Part shown: positions 55,412 through 64,000 of the stretch, in pieces
How positions within the stretch are numbered: position 1 is the stretch's first letter
Layout: every line of letters begins with the position of its first letter
Assembly: GCA_028292485.1 (NCBI GenBank)
Contig: JAQGMG010000054.1
Coordinates: 18,633-82,632 of the forward strand
DNA: 64,000 bases
Direction: 5' to 3'
DNA from: Rhodocyclales bacterium
Lineage (GTDB): Bacteria; Pseudomonadota; Gammaproteobacteria; Burkholderiales; Rhodocyclaceae
Program-made: the position numbers and the translations under genes
The notes under the pieces: model-generated
What the model was told of the DNA's origin: nothing
Databases searched by the model: none
Seen by the model: only the letters and a program-made list of their open reading frames with translations

Positions 55412-55490
55412 GGCTTCTCCGATCTTTCCCAAGAAATATAGAACATATATTCGTTCTGTGGAAGGATAAATTCGCGGTTTTGACGATTAT

Positions 55491-55979
55491 TCAAATAGGC
55501 TTCTGCATGAAAATCGCCTGCCCCGCCGCCGGGTCCAGCGCGTAAGGGGCGAAGCCGAAGGCCTTGTAGGCGGCCATGGCTACGCTATTGCGATCGAGGA
55601 CTTCGAGTGTGAGCTTGCAGCAACCACGCCTGACGGCACACGCCTCGGCAGCCGCCAGCAGCCCAGCGCCGACGCCACGCCCGCGATGTTCGCCCTTGAC
55701 GACGATGTCATGCACATTGAGAAGCGGTTTGGCAGCGAAGGTCGAGAAACCTTCGAAACAGTTGATCAGGCCGATGGGTTCTTCGTCCTGCCATGCCAAA
55801 AAGCCGAAATAGTCCGCGCGGGCGCGCAACATTTCGATGAGATGGGATCTGGCGTATTGCGACAAGCCCGTGGCGCCGCCCATGGGGTCGTGGGCGTAAT
55901 GATCGAGTAGTGCGATCAGGGACGTGATGTGCGCGTCGTCGCGCAGGTCGACAGGCGATATACGTGGCATGAGCGCCAT
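55491..55979 (-). CDS. GNAT-family N-acetyltransferase
   Basis: Contains IVVKGEHRGRGVGAGLL and a TLEVLDRNSVAMAAYKAFGF acetyl-CoA-binding core. Confidence 0.8.
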   Translation of the reverse strand: MALMPRISPVDLRDDAHITSLIALLDHYAHDPMGGATGLSQYARSHLIEMLRARADYFGFLAWQDEEPIGLINCFEGFSTFAAKPLLNVHDIVVKGEHRGRGVGAGLLAAAEACAVRRGCCKLTLEVLDRNSVAMAAYKAFGFAPYALDPAAGQAIFMQKPI

Positions 55980-55998
55980 TGTAGGCGCTGGTCTTGCC

Positions 55999-56970
55999 TC
56001 AGGCAGTTCCGAAGAAGTCGCGATCGATGCCGTGCTTCTTCAGGAGTTTGCCAAGGGCGCGGCGCTCCTTGCCGGCCAGCAACGCAGCGCGCGTGACGTT
56101 GCCACCTGTCTCGCGCAACAGGTGCGAAAGATACTGGCGTTCCCAGGCACTCATCGCTTCATGGCGGGCATCGTTGAAGAGAACCGGCCCTGTTTTTGTC
56201 CGTTCGCCGCGCGCGTGCCAGTTCTCGGGCGCCAGGCGAAGCTCGGCATCCTGACCGAGCAAGGTCTGGCGATGCACCAGGTTATCCAGCTCGCGCACAT
56301 TGCCTGGCCAGTGATGCGTGTCCAGCCATGCCAGGCTGTCGGTATCGAAAGGGCGGACCTTCATCTTGTAGCGCGCCGCATGACGCGCCGCGAAATAGTC
56401 GGCCAGCAGGCGCGCGTCGCCAATGCGCTCCCTCAGCGGCGGCATCTCGACGGCCAATACGTCGAGGCGGAAAGCCAGGTCGGCGCGGAAGCTACCGCGC
56501 GCAACCATTTCCTGCATGCGCGGGCTGGCCGCAGCGACCACGCGCACGTCGCCGGAGAGTTCGCCGGAAGCGCCAAGCGGGCGGAAGGTCTGGTCCTGCA
56601 GAAAGCGCAGCAATGCGGCCTGTGCGCGCATCGGCAATGAATCGACCTCGTCGAGAAACAGGGTGCCGCCACGCGCTGCTTCGACCAGGCCAACGCGGCT
56701 CTGGCGCGCATCGGTGAAAGCGCCGCGTTCGTGGCCGAATAATTCGCTTTCGATCAGCGTATCGGGCAGTGCGCCGCAATTGACCGGCACGAATGGAGAA
56801 GCGGCACGTGCGCTCAGATAATGAATGGCGCGCGCGGCCAGCTCCTTGCCAGTTCCCGTTTCGCCGGTAAGCAGGACAGGCGCCTCAAAGCGCGCCAGGC
56901 GGGTAATGGTTTCGAGCACTCGCACGAAAACAGGCGAGGCACCAAGCATGTTGGGTACGACTGCGGCCAT
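55999..56970 (-). CDS. sigma54-dependent transcriptional activator lacking an N-terminal sensory domain (PspF-like architecture)
   Basis: The AAA+ domain starts near residue 10 with Walker A LLTGETGTGKE. ESELFGHERGAFTDA and a C-terminal Fis-type HTH are present. Total length is 323 aa. Confidence 0.9.
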   Translation of the reverse strand: MAAVVPNMLGASPVFVRVLETITRLARFEAPVLLTGETGTGKELAARAIHYLSARAASPFVPVNCGALPDTLIESELFGHERGAFTDARQSRVGLVEAARGGTLFLDEVDSLPMRAQAALLRFLQDQTFRPLGASGELSGDVRVVAAASPRMQEMVARGSFRADLAFRLDVLAVEMPPLRERIGDARLLADYFAARHAARYKMKVRPFDTDSLAWLDTHHWPGNVRELDNLVHRQTLLGQDAELRLAPENWHARGERTKTGPVLFNDARHEAMSAWERQYLSHLLRETGGNVTRAALLAGKERRALGKLLKKHGIDRDFFGTA

Positions 56971-57141
56971 CTGGACCCCCGTCAGGGAAAGCGCATGCCC
57001 TAGTGATGCGCGAGCAACACAACCGCATGCAACGCCGTTATGTCAGGCGATATTTCATGAGAGGCTCTCTTTATAGCGCAGACTCGTTATGAATTTATGT
57101 GTGCAAAAGGGCATGTGTTGCAATGCACCGTGCCGAATGGA

Positions 57142-57166
57142 AAAGGCCTGCCAACGGCAGGCCTTT
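57142..57166 (-). terminator. intrinsic terminator of the DUF2846 gene
   Basis: 11-bp stem aaaggcctgcc/ggcaggccttt with a 3-nt loop. A T-run follows on the minus strand. Confidence 0.7.
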
Positions 57167-57188
57167 AATATACGTGTGCAGCAGCAGC

Positions 57189-57638
57189 TTACTTTGCTGC
57201 TTCTATGAGACCAGACTCTGCTACACCAGCCTTGCCCGTGGCGTCATCAACAAGATTGAGCTTGCTGCCAGGCGACCACATGCCCATCTTGACCTCTTGC
57301 CAGACGAAGTAGTTCTTGCCCGCTACTACATTGATATCCAGCGTCTTGTCTGAGTCTTCCTGCGACATGATTGTATGTTTGCCCGGCGCGAGCTGGACAA
57401 AAAAGTAGCTTTTCGATGCAGTGCTGCCGATCAACTTGCCGTCTACGGAAACCTGAAGCTTTACAGCTGCGCCCATCGTCTCGTTACGATAAATGTAAAC
57501 ATTCGCTTTATCAGGAGAAGTGGCAAAGCTCTTTGCCTTTGTATCTTGTTCAGCAGGAGCCATTGCTACTGAGGCACAGCCTGAAGCAGCAATGACAATT
57601 GCGCTGAAGAGGCTGAGAAGTTTGATATTTTTAAACAT
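57189..57638 (-). CDS. DUF2846-like lipoprotein
   Basis: ATG follows AAGGGAA. Lipobox IAASGC is present, and ANVYIYRNETMGAAVKLQVSVDGKLIG is typical of DUF2846. GC is lower than the flanks. Confidence 0.7.
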   Translation of the reverse strand: MFKNIKLLSLFSAIVIAASGCASVAMAPAEQDTKAKSFATSPDKANVYIYRNETMGAAVKLQVSVDGKLIGSTASKSYFFVQLAPGKHTIMSQEDSDKTLDINVVAGKNYFVWQEVKMGMWSPGSKLNLVDDATGKAGVAESGLIEAAK

Positions 57639-57823
57639 GATTTCCCTTATCTAAACAATGAATGCATATTTGTATGACGCCCGCAAAAGACTGGGGCTGG
57701 ACGATGTTAATGCATTGGCATGAAAAATTCTTGATTGGCGTCGAATGAACACGTAAGCCGGTTTGACATTCGATCGCTCCAGCGTTAGTTTCTCACTTGC
57801 GCCAATTTGACTCAGCTTGCGGG

Positions 57824-57918
57824 CGCTTTATAAATATGGCTAAAGCGAGTGGGAGCGGTGTCAGCAACGGCACAACAAGCCCAGTCGCGCAAAGCCTGCC
57901 GACTGGGCTTTTGCTTTT
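57824..57918 (+). promoter_or_regulatory. metX leader: 7-bp hairpin plus intrinsic terminator (candidate attenuator/riboswitch)
   Basis: Hairpin cgcttta-N10-taaagcg lies at 57824-57847. Terminator stem gcccagtcg/cgactgggc lies at 57879-57908 and is followed by ttttgctttt. The element ends 52 nt before the metX ATG. Confidence 0.5.
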
Positions 57919-57970
57919 CCGGCTCTCCCGTCTTGTTCATTCGTTGTTTCTGGTTATTTGCTTTTCCGAC

Positions 57971-59098
57971 ATGACAACATCTGCATCCATTGGCGTCGTG
58001 GCACCACAGCGTGCCCGCTTTGATACGCCGCTCGCCATGAAGAGTGGCGGTGTGCTGCCCGCCTACGATCTCGTCTATGAAACCTATGGCACGCTCAACA
58101 GCGATGCCAGCAATGCCGTCCTGGTCTGCCACGCCCTGTCCGGCTCGCATCATGTAGCGGGTGTGTACGCTGACGACCCGAAGAGTGTCGGCTGGTGGGA
58201 CAACCTGGTTGGTCCCGGCAAGCCGCTGGATACCAACAAATTCTTCGTCATCGGCATCAATAACCTCGGTGGCTGTTATGGCAGTAGCGGCCCGAAATCC
58301 ATCAACCCGGCGACCAATAAACCATGGGGTGCGGACTTCCCCTTCGTGACGGTGGAAGACTGGGTGGATTCGCACGCGCGCCTTGCCGATCGACTCGGCA
58401 TCCGCCAATTCGCCGCCGTGCTCGGCGGCAGCCTGGGCGGCATGCAGGCGCTTGACTGGACTTTGCGTTATGCCGATCGCGTACGTCACGGCATGATCAT
58501 CGCCGCCGCACCCAAGCTATCGGCCGAGAATATTGCGTTCAACGAAGTGGCACGCCAGGCGATTCTTACCGACCCGGAATTTCACGGCGGCAACTATTAC
58601 GAACACGGTGTAGTGCCCGTCAGCGGGTTGCGCCTGGCGCGCATGCTCGGCCACATCACTTATCTTTCCGATGACGCGATGGCGGAGAAGTTCGGCCGCC
58701 GCCTGCGCCATGGCGAGCACAAATTCCACTTCGGCGTGGACTTCGAGATCGAGTCGTACCTGCATTACCAGGGCGACAAATTCGCAGGTTTCTTCGATGC
58801 CAACACCTACTTGCTGACGACCAAGGCGCTGGATTACTTTGACCCGGCTTACGACTACGACGGCAATCTTCAGGAAGCTTTCGGGCGCGCCAAGGCGAAG
58901 TTCTTCATCACGTCCTTCACCACGGACTGGCGCTTCCCGCCAGCGCGCTCGCGCGAATTGCTGTTTGCGTTGATGCACAACGGCCGCGACGTCGCTTACA
59001 GCGAACTCGAATGCGCAGCAGGGCACGACTCGTTCCTGCTCGACGACACGCATTACCACGCGGCGTTGCGCGCCTATTTTTCGAACATAGAAGTCTGA
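57971..59098 (+). CDS. metX: homoserine O-acyltransferase (MetX)
   Basis: ATG at 57971. Contains [17 protein letters not shown] and [10 protein letters not shown], an alpha/beta hydrolase nucleophile. It is followed by metW. Confidence 0.9.
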   Translation: MTTSASIGVVAPQRARFDTPLAMKSGGVLPAYDLVYETYGTLNSDASNAVLVCHALSGSHHVAGVYADDPKSVGWWDNLVGPGKPLDTNKFFVIGINNLGGCYGSSGPKSINPATNKPWGADFPFVTVEDWVDSHARLADRLGIRQFAAVLGGSLGGMQALDWTLRYADRVRHGMIIAAAPKLSAENIAFNEVARQAILTDPEFHGGNYYEHGVVPVSGLRLARMLGHITYLSDDAMAEKFGRRLRHGEHKFHFGVDFEIESYLHYQGDKFAGFFDANTYLLTTKALDYFDPAYDYDGNLQEAFGRAKAKFFITSFTTDWRFPPARSRELLFALMHNGRDVAYSELECAAGHDSFLLDDTHYHAALRAYFSNIEV

Positions 59099-59109
59099 GG
59101 AGAAAGCTC

Positions 59110-59706
59110 ATGGTCAATCTCACTCAGGACAGTCGTTTCGATTTCGACATCATCACGCGCTGGATCACGCCCGGCGAGCGCGTGCTCGATCTTGGCTGCG
59201 GCGATGGCGATCTGCTGGCTCACCTGATCGCCGAGCGCGGCGTGAAAGGCTATGGCATCGAGCGCGACGTGGAGCGCGTGGTGGCGTGCATCCAGGCCGG
59301 CATCAACGTGCTGCAGATCGACCTTGAACAAGGTCTGGCCGGCTTCGAAGATGCGCAATTCGATCACGTCATCATGAGTCTCTCGCTGCAAGCCGTTCAC
59401 AATACCGACGGCATACTCACCGAGATGCTGCGTGTCGGTCGCGAAGCCGTGGTCAGCTTTCCGAACTTCGGCTACTGGCGTCACCGCGTGTCGATCGCCG
59501 AAGGCCACATGCCGGTTTCCGACATCCTGCCCTACGAGTGGTACAACACGCCCAACGTACGCTTCTTCACCATGGCCGACTTCGAATTGCTATGCCAGAA
59601 GCGCGGCATCAGCATCCTGCAGCGCGTGGCGTTCGATGAGGATCGCGAGATCACCACCGACCCGAACAACTATGCGAGCGTAGCGATCTATCGTTTAGGA
59701 CGCTGA
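59110..59706 (+). CDS. metW: methionine biosynthesis protein MetW
   Basis: Contains RVLDLGCGDGDLLAHL...VSFPNFGYWRHR, typical of MetW. Confidence 0.9.
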   Translation: MVNLTQDSRFDFDIITRWITPGERVLDLGCGDGDLLAHLIAERGVKGYGIERDVERVVACIQAGINVLQIDLEQGLAGFEDAQFDHVIMSLSLQAVHNTDGILTEMLRVGREAVVSFPNFGYWRHRVSIAEGHMPVSDILPYEWYNTPNVRFFTMADFELLCQKRGISILQRVAFDEDREITTDPNNYASVAIYRLGR

Positions 59707-59714
59707 ACAAGGCC

Positions 59715-61139
59715 CTAAGTCATGAACCCCAGATCACGCGTCGTGAAGTTGCCGATGTTCGGCGCGATCAGGTTGAGGTTGCTGTCCGCAACGCCAAACC
59801 ACTTGGCCATGGTGGTGGCGTATTGATCGACGGATGTGGACGGTATCAGGCGGCCTGAACCGACATCGTCCGTGGTGCCGAATGCCACTACCGGGAATGT
59901 GCCGTAGATGTCGCCGCCCCTCACCGCCCCGCCGACCACGAAGTGATGTGCGCCCCAGCCATGATCGGAGCCATCGCCGTTGCTGGTCAGCGTGCGGCCG
60001 AAATCCGAGGCCGTGAAGAGTGTGGTGTTGTTGGCGACGCCGAGTGCGATCGTGGCCTTGTAGAAATAGTCGATGGCGCCTGCCAGCTGGGTGTGCAAGG
60101 CGGCCTGCGCAGTGATCTGATTGTCATGCGTATCGAAACCGCCGAGGCTGACGAAGAATACTTGCCGCTTCGCGCCGAGCGCGCCGTTGGCCGCGATCAG
60201 CCGCGCCACGATCTGCAATTGTTGTGCGAGCCGGTTGTTGGTTTGTGCCCCAAGTGCCACGCGTGCATCGCTGGCGGGCACGCCGGTAAGTGCCGAACTG
60301 ACGAGGCTGGCTGCTCCTAACGAGCGTACAACGACATTGGCATGATCTTGTTCGAGCACATTGCTGCTGCTTTGCTGGATCAGCGACTTGAGCACGTTGG
60401 CGCCGCCGCTGGCGCCATTGCCCGAGCCGAACAGATTGGTATTGCTTGCGCCGCTGATGGCCGCCGCACCGCTGGTGCTGACCTGATACTGGAAGATGTT
60501 CTGCCCAGACAGGAATACGGCATTGCCGGCAGCGGAGATTGCCGTGAAGATTGTATTGCTGTTGGCGCTGGCGAACATGTCACCCAGGCGGCCACCCCAG
60601 CCGACCTGGCCGCCCTCTGGCGTGAAAGCCTGCCATGTGGCCTGTTGATCGTTGTGCGAGAACAGCTTGGGTGGCGTAGCGACGATACCGCTGCGATATT
60701 GCGTGGCATTGGCGATCGGCATGATCAGCGGGCCGACATTGGCCACTACGGCGGCCTTGCCTGCAGCGAACAGTGCTTGCAGTGGCGCAAGCTCCGCCGA
60801 CAGGGCGAACTGTCGGCCTGCGCCTTGTGAGGTGGCCGGGACGATTTCCTGCAAAGACGTGCGGTCCAGTGCAATGCCACCCGCTGCCACGATGCCGCCG
60901 CGCGCTGCTGCGTAAGTCGCATGCGAGCTGACGTCATACGGCATGACCGTATTGTTGTGGTCGTTGCCGCCGTTGAGGAACACGCACACGAGCGCCTTGT
61001 AATCCGTCGGCACTGCTTGCGCTGCGGCAGAGCCGATGCCTGCCAGATTGAGTGCGAACGGCGTAGCACTGCCAAGCGCGCTCAAGGCGGCTGCGCGTTT
61101 GAGGAATTCGCGGCGTGAGGCCGAACCTGTCATGGGCAT
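59715..61139 (-). CDS. DUF1501 protein with twin-arginine signal
   Basis: Tat motif SRREFLKRAAALSAL and the segment GDGSDHGWG, typical of DUF1501. An alternative ATG lies at 61133. Confidence 0.85.
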   Translation of the reverse strand: MPMTGSASRREFLKRAAALSALGSATPFALNLAGIGSAAAQAVPTDYKALVCVFLNGGNDHNNTVMPYDVSSHATYAAARGGIVAAGGIALDRTSLQEIVPATSQGAGRQFALSAELAPLQALFAAGKAAVVANVGPLIMPIANATQYRSGIVATPPKLFSHNDQQATWQAFTPEGGQVGWGGRLGDMFASANSNTIFTAISAAGNAVFLSGQNIFQYQVSTSGAAAISGASNTNLFGSGNGASGGANVLKSLIQQSSSNVLEQDHANVVVRSLGAASLVSSALTGVPASDARVALGAQTNNRLAQQLQIVARLIAANGALGAKRQVFFVSLGGFDTHDNQITAQAALHTQLAGAIDYFYKATIALGVANNTTLFTASDFGRTLTSNGDGSDHGWGAHHFVVGGAVRGGDIYGTFPVVAFGTTDDVGSGRLIPSTSVDQYATTMAKWFGVADSNLNLIAPNIGNFTTRDLGFMT

Positions 61140-61146
61140 GCTGTTC

Positions 61147-62889
61147 TCATTTCTGCACGATGTAGTCGGGCGAGGCCATCGCCAGGTAGATGGCGAGATA
61201 GACGCGATTTTTCCGGGCCGTATCCGCTGCGCTGGTGCTGCTGGTGGGAATGGATATGGAGCCAACCGCGTTGATGATTTGCGTGCGGGTTGCCGTTTTC
61301 ATGCCATTGGCAAGCAGCAGCAGGTTGATGCGATCCACCAGCTGCGCGGGGTTGTCGGCCAGTGCGATCTCGGCAGCATAATTTGCCGTGACGCGGTCGG
61401 CGGCCAGGCCGGAGCTTGAGCTTGGGCCGTTCGGAATCACGCCCTGCATGTAGTTGATGTAGCCCGCCACAGAAGTCTCATGCGTGATCTGCATCTCGGG
61501 CACGACGAGGCCATTGCTTGCCGCATTGGTATTGGGCGGCACATAACCGGGCCGATAGAAATTGAAGACCGACGGCGAGCGCAGTGGCACCTGTCCCAGC
61601 GCATTGCTGGCATTGCTGGTGTCGCCGATTGCGAAGCGCGTCGACGTGGATGTGGCATTGAACGCGCGCGCCCAGTTGCCGAGGCGCACGACAGGCTCGC
61701 GCAGCTTGCCGAAATTGTTGCCCTGCGCGGTCGTCGCGTCGCGTGCTTCCGTGTCGAGCAGGATCGCGCGGATCACCGCTTTCATGTCACCGCGCACGCC
61801 ACTGCCATTGTTGTTGAAGACGCTTGCCACACGGGCCACATACGCTGGCGACGGGTTGCTGGTCACGAGGCGCTGGATCAGCTGTTTGCCGATGAAGGGG
61901 CCGACGTTCGGATGATTGAACAAGGTATCTAGCGCCACGCTGAGACTTGCCGTGGGGTTGGCCGTGCCCTGTGCCGAAATCGTCACGCCGAGGAACGTCT
62001 TCGCGGAGACCGAGTGATACTGCGGGTAAGCCTGCATCGGTATGACATCGCGATTCGGGTCCTGTGTGCCGCCACCGAAGAAACGCGTATTGCTCTTGTC
62101 CGGCCCGCCCCAGCTGAAGCCTGTGAATACCTTGGCCAGTCCCGATACATCGGCGTTGGTATAGGTCTCGACCGGGAACCCGCCGACCAGCTTGATCGTG
62201 CCATCGAGATTGAGCTGATACAGGCCGATGGTGAACAGCTGCATCACTTCGCGTGCGTAATTTTCGTCCGGCACGCGCGTGCCACTTTCCTTCTGGTTGT
62301 GGATATGGGTGAGGAAGGTGCCCATCGACGGATGCAGCGTCACATCTTCGAGCAGCGTGCGGAAATTGCCGAAGGCATCGCGGCCAAGCATGTCGTAGTA
62401 CGACGCCACGCCGCGAATATTCTCTGATAGATCGCTATCGAACGAGATGACGAAAATCTGCGACAAGGCGAACGCCATGCGCTGGCGCAGCTGGTCCTTG
62501 CCTGACGCAGCACGCCGCCAGAAACTCTCCCAGAAAATATTCTGCGACTGGCTGGCCACAGGGAACTGGTTGACGTAGTCGAGATGCAGGATCTGCGTGC
62601 GCAAGAATTCGCGCTCGATCCAGCTCTCGACATTGCTGTTCCTGATGGCATCGATCGACGCCATGTTCGGGCCGAAGCTGGCCTGGATGAGAAAACGTGC
62701 CGCCTGCTGGGAATTGACCGTTGCGCCGGCAACCGTGACGGTGGGCTCATTCTCCGTGCCACTCGTGGTGCCCGGTGGTGGCGCTGTACTCGTGCCGGAC
62801 GAACCACCGCCCCCGCTACCGCCTCCACCACCACAAGCGAACAATGCGATGGCAAGCAACGTCACTGCCCATGTCTTGATGTACTGCAT
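61147..62889 (-). CDS. DUF1800 lipoprotein
   Basis: ATG at 62889. Lipobox LFACGGGGGSGGGGSSG is present, and the body is typical of DUF1800 proteins, which pair with DUF1501. Confidence 0.8.
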   Translation of the reverse strand: MQYIKTWAVTLLAIALFACGGGGGSGGGGSSGTSTAPPPGTTSGTENEPTVTVAGATVNSQQAARFLIQASFGPNMASIDAIRNSNVESWIEREFLRTQILHLDYVNQFPVASQSQNIFWESFWRRAASGKDQLRQRMAFALSQIFVISFDSDLSENIRGVASYYDMLGRDAFGNFRTLLEDVTLHPSMGTFLTHIHNQKESGTRVPDENYAREVMQLFTIGLYQLNLDGTIKLVGGFPVETYTNADVSGLAKVFTGFSWGGPDKSNTRFFGGGTQDPNRDVIPMQAYPQYHSVSAKTFLGVTISAQGTANPTASLSVALDTLFNHPNVGPFIGKQLIQRLVTSNPSPAYVARVASVFNNNGSGVRGDMKAVIRAILLDTEARDATTAQGNNFGKLREPVVRLGNWARAFNATSTSTRFAIGDTSNASNALGQVPLRSPSVFNFYRPGYVPPNTNAASNGLVVPEMQITHETSVAGYINYMQGVIPNGPSSSSGLAADRVTANYAAEIALADNPAQLVDRINLLLLANGMKTATRTQIINAVGSISIPTSSTSAADTARKNRVYLAIYLAMASPDYIVQK

Positions 62890-63239
62890 GTTCTCTGCCC
62901 CTGGAGTTGTAGTTGGCCTTGTTCTCAGGGCTCTTGTCTGAGCCATTCTAGTGGTCAAGGATCAGCCGTAGAAAAGCACTGACTAGCGGAGAAGGGCGAG
63001 GGACGAGAGGGGGCTCGCCATGTGTTCCGTGTTGGCAGGCGGTATGAAACGAGGGGTGATAGGCAATGCGGGGAGACGAGTGCCCCTACCGGGCAAAAAG
63101 CCGGCGCCGTGACGGTGCCTGCCGCGACAATCGGCGATAATCCTGCGAAGCGTCGTTATCGCGCGACGCATCTTTGCAATGAGAGCGTTCAGCACCGCCC
63201 CGTGAATCGAACAAACAACACAAGGGAACAAGACCCCGC

Positions 63240-64000
63240 ATGAGCCACCCCTCTGCCTGGCGTGCATTGCTGTCGCGACGCATGTTGATCTGCGTCTTCA
63301 CCGGCTTCTCGTCCGGCTTGCCGCTCTACCTCTTGCTCAACCTTGTGCCTGCCTGGCTCAAGACCGAAGGCCTGAGTCTGAAGGCGATCGGCGCTTTTGC
63401 ACTGATCCAGTTCCCCTATACCTGGAAATTCCTGTGGTCACCAATGCTCGACCGCTATGCGCTGCCGTGGCTCGGGCGCCGACGTGGCTGGATGGCGCTG
63501 TCCCACATCGGTTTGCTGGCCGCTGTCGCGTGGTTGGGCCAGCTCTCGCCGAAAGACGATCTGGCCTTTGTGCTGGTGCTTACCGCGAGTATTGCCTTCC
63601 TGTCCGCGACGCTGGACATCGTGCTCGATGCATTTCGCCGCGAACTACTGCATGACGAAGAGCTCGGCCTGGGCAGTGCGGTGCACGTGAATGCTTACCG
63701 GCTCGCCGGCCTCGTGCCCGGTTCGCTTGCGCTGATACTCGCCGACCATTTGCCGTGGGGCCAGGTATTTGTCATAACGGCCGCCTTCATGCTGCCCGGT
63801 CTGGTCATGACGCTGATGGTGCGTGAGCCCCTCGCCGCGAACGCCGCGCCGCGTACCCTGCGCGAAGCCGTCGTCGAGCCGTTCCACGAGTTCTTTCATC
63901 GCAACGGCGTACAGACAGCGTTGCTGATCCTCGCTTTCATCCTGCTCTACAAGCTTGGCGACTCGTTATGTACCGCGCTCGCCACGCCTTTCTACCTCGA
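63240..64000 (+). CDS. ampG: AmpG-family muropeptide MFS permease, 3' end outside window
   Basis: An open frame runs from ATG 63240 to the window end. It is absent from the ORF track because it has no stop. My own translation reads MSHPSAWRALLSRRMLICVFTGFSSGLPLYLLLNLVPAWLKTEGLSLKAIG...WKFLWSPMLDRY. Confidence 0.85.
   Translation, partial: MSHPSAWRALLSRRMLICVFTGFSSGLPLYLLLNLVPAWLKTEGLSLKAIGAFALIQFPYTWKFLWSPMLDRYALPWLGRRRGWMALSHIGLLAAVAWLGQLSPKDDLAFVLVLTASIAFLSATLDIVLDAFRRELLHDEELGLGSAVHVNAYRLAGLVPGSLALILADHLPWGQVFVITAAFMLPGLVMTLMVREPLAANAAPRTLREAVVEPFHEFFHRNGVQTALLILAFILLYKLGDSLCTALATPFYL

Noticed and set aside
55491-55979. The GNAT next to the RES-Xre pair as a TacT/KacT-type acetyltransferase toxin.
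   Set aside because: No DUF1778/RHH antitoxin gene is adjacent. The neighbouring antitoxin clearly pairs with the RES gene, and the sequence looks like an ordinary metabolic GNAT.

Overview
GC-rich proteobacterial chromosomal segment. The gene content (metXW, phoBR, gatB, trmA, psd, ampG, ada-alkB) fits Betaproteobacteria/Burkholderiales, but that placement is an inference. I support about 60 protein-coding genes and find no rRNA, tRNA or CRISPR array. Most of the window is housekeeping or accessory metabolism and signalling: a CHASE3-GAF-PAS-GGDEF cyclase, a PAS-GAF hybrid histidine kinase, PhoBR with a Pho box, and an SOS-boxed UvrD-like helicase. There are three families of intergenic repeats. 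The first is GTAGG-headed REP hairpins with one REP-associated tyrosine transposase (RAYT). The second is a roughly 80-nt CGTCATTCCCGCGAAAGCGGGAATCC double-hairpin element present in four copies. The third is CCCTCTCCC/GGGAGAGGG palindromic elements, one of which is nested inside a copy of the second family. Visibly lower-GC islets lie at about 10.7-11.8 kb, 20.15-21.12 kb, 45.9-46.26 kb (inside gatB) and 57.2-57.8 kb. The most interesting locus is a divergent seven-gene cluster at 46.8-53.7 kb. It joins a DUF350 membrane protein, an SPFH/SHOCT protein, a double zinc-ribbon/DUF4178 protein, a 50-aa micro-protein and an AdoMet decarboxylase with a membrane-fused aminopropyltransferase and a Tat-lipoprotein flavin oxidase. 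Other points worth a second look: a frameshifted GHKL-ATPase/STAS-like gene in a low-GC islet; a compositionally mosaic gatB; an ada / 2OG-oxygenase / alkB tricistron; a RES-Xre toxin-antitoxin pair; a sensor-less sigma54 activator; a hairpin-plus-terminator leader before metX; and a 0.9-kb stretch with no convincing ORF. All family assignments come from motif recognition by eye. No database search was run.
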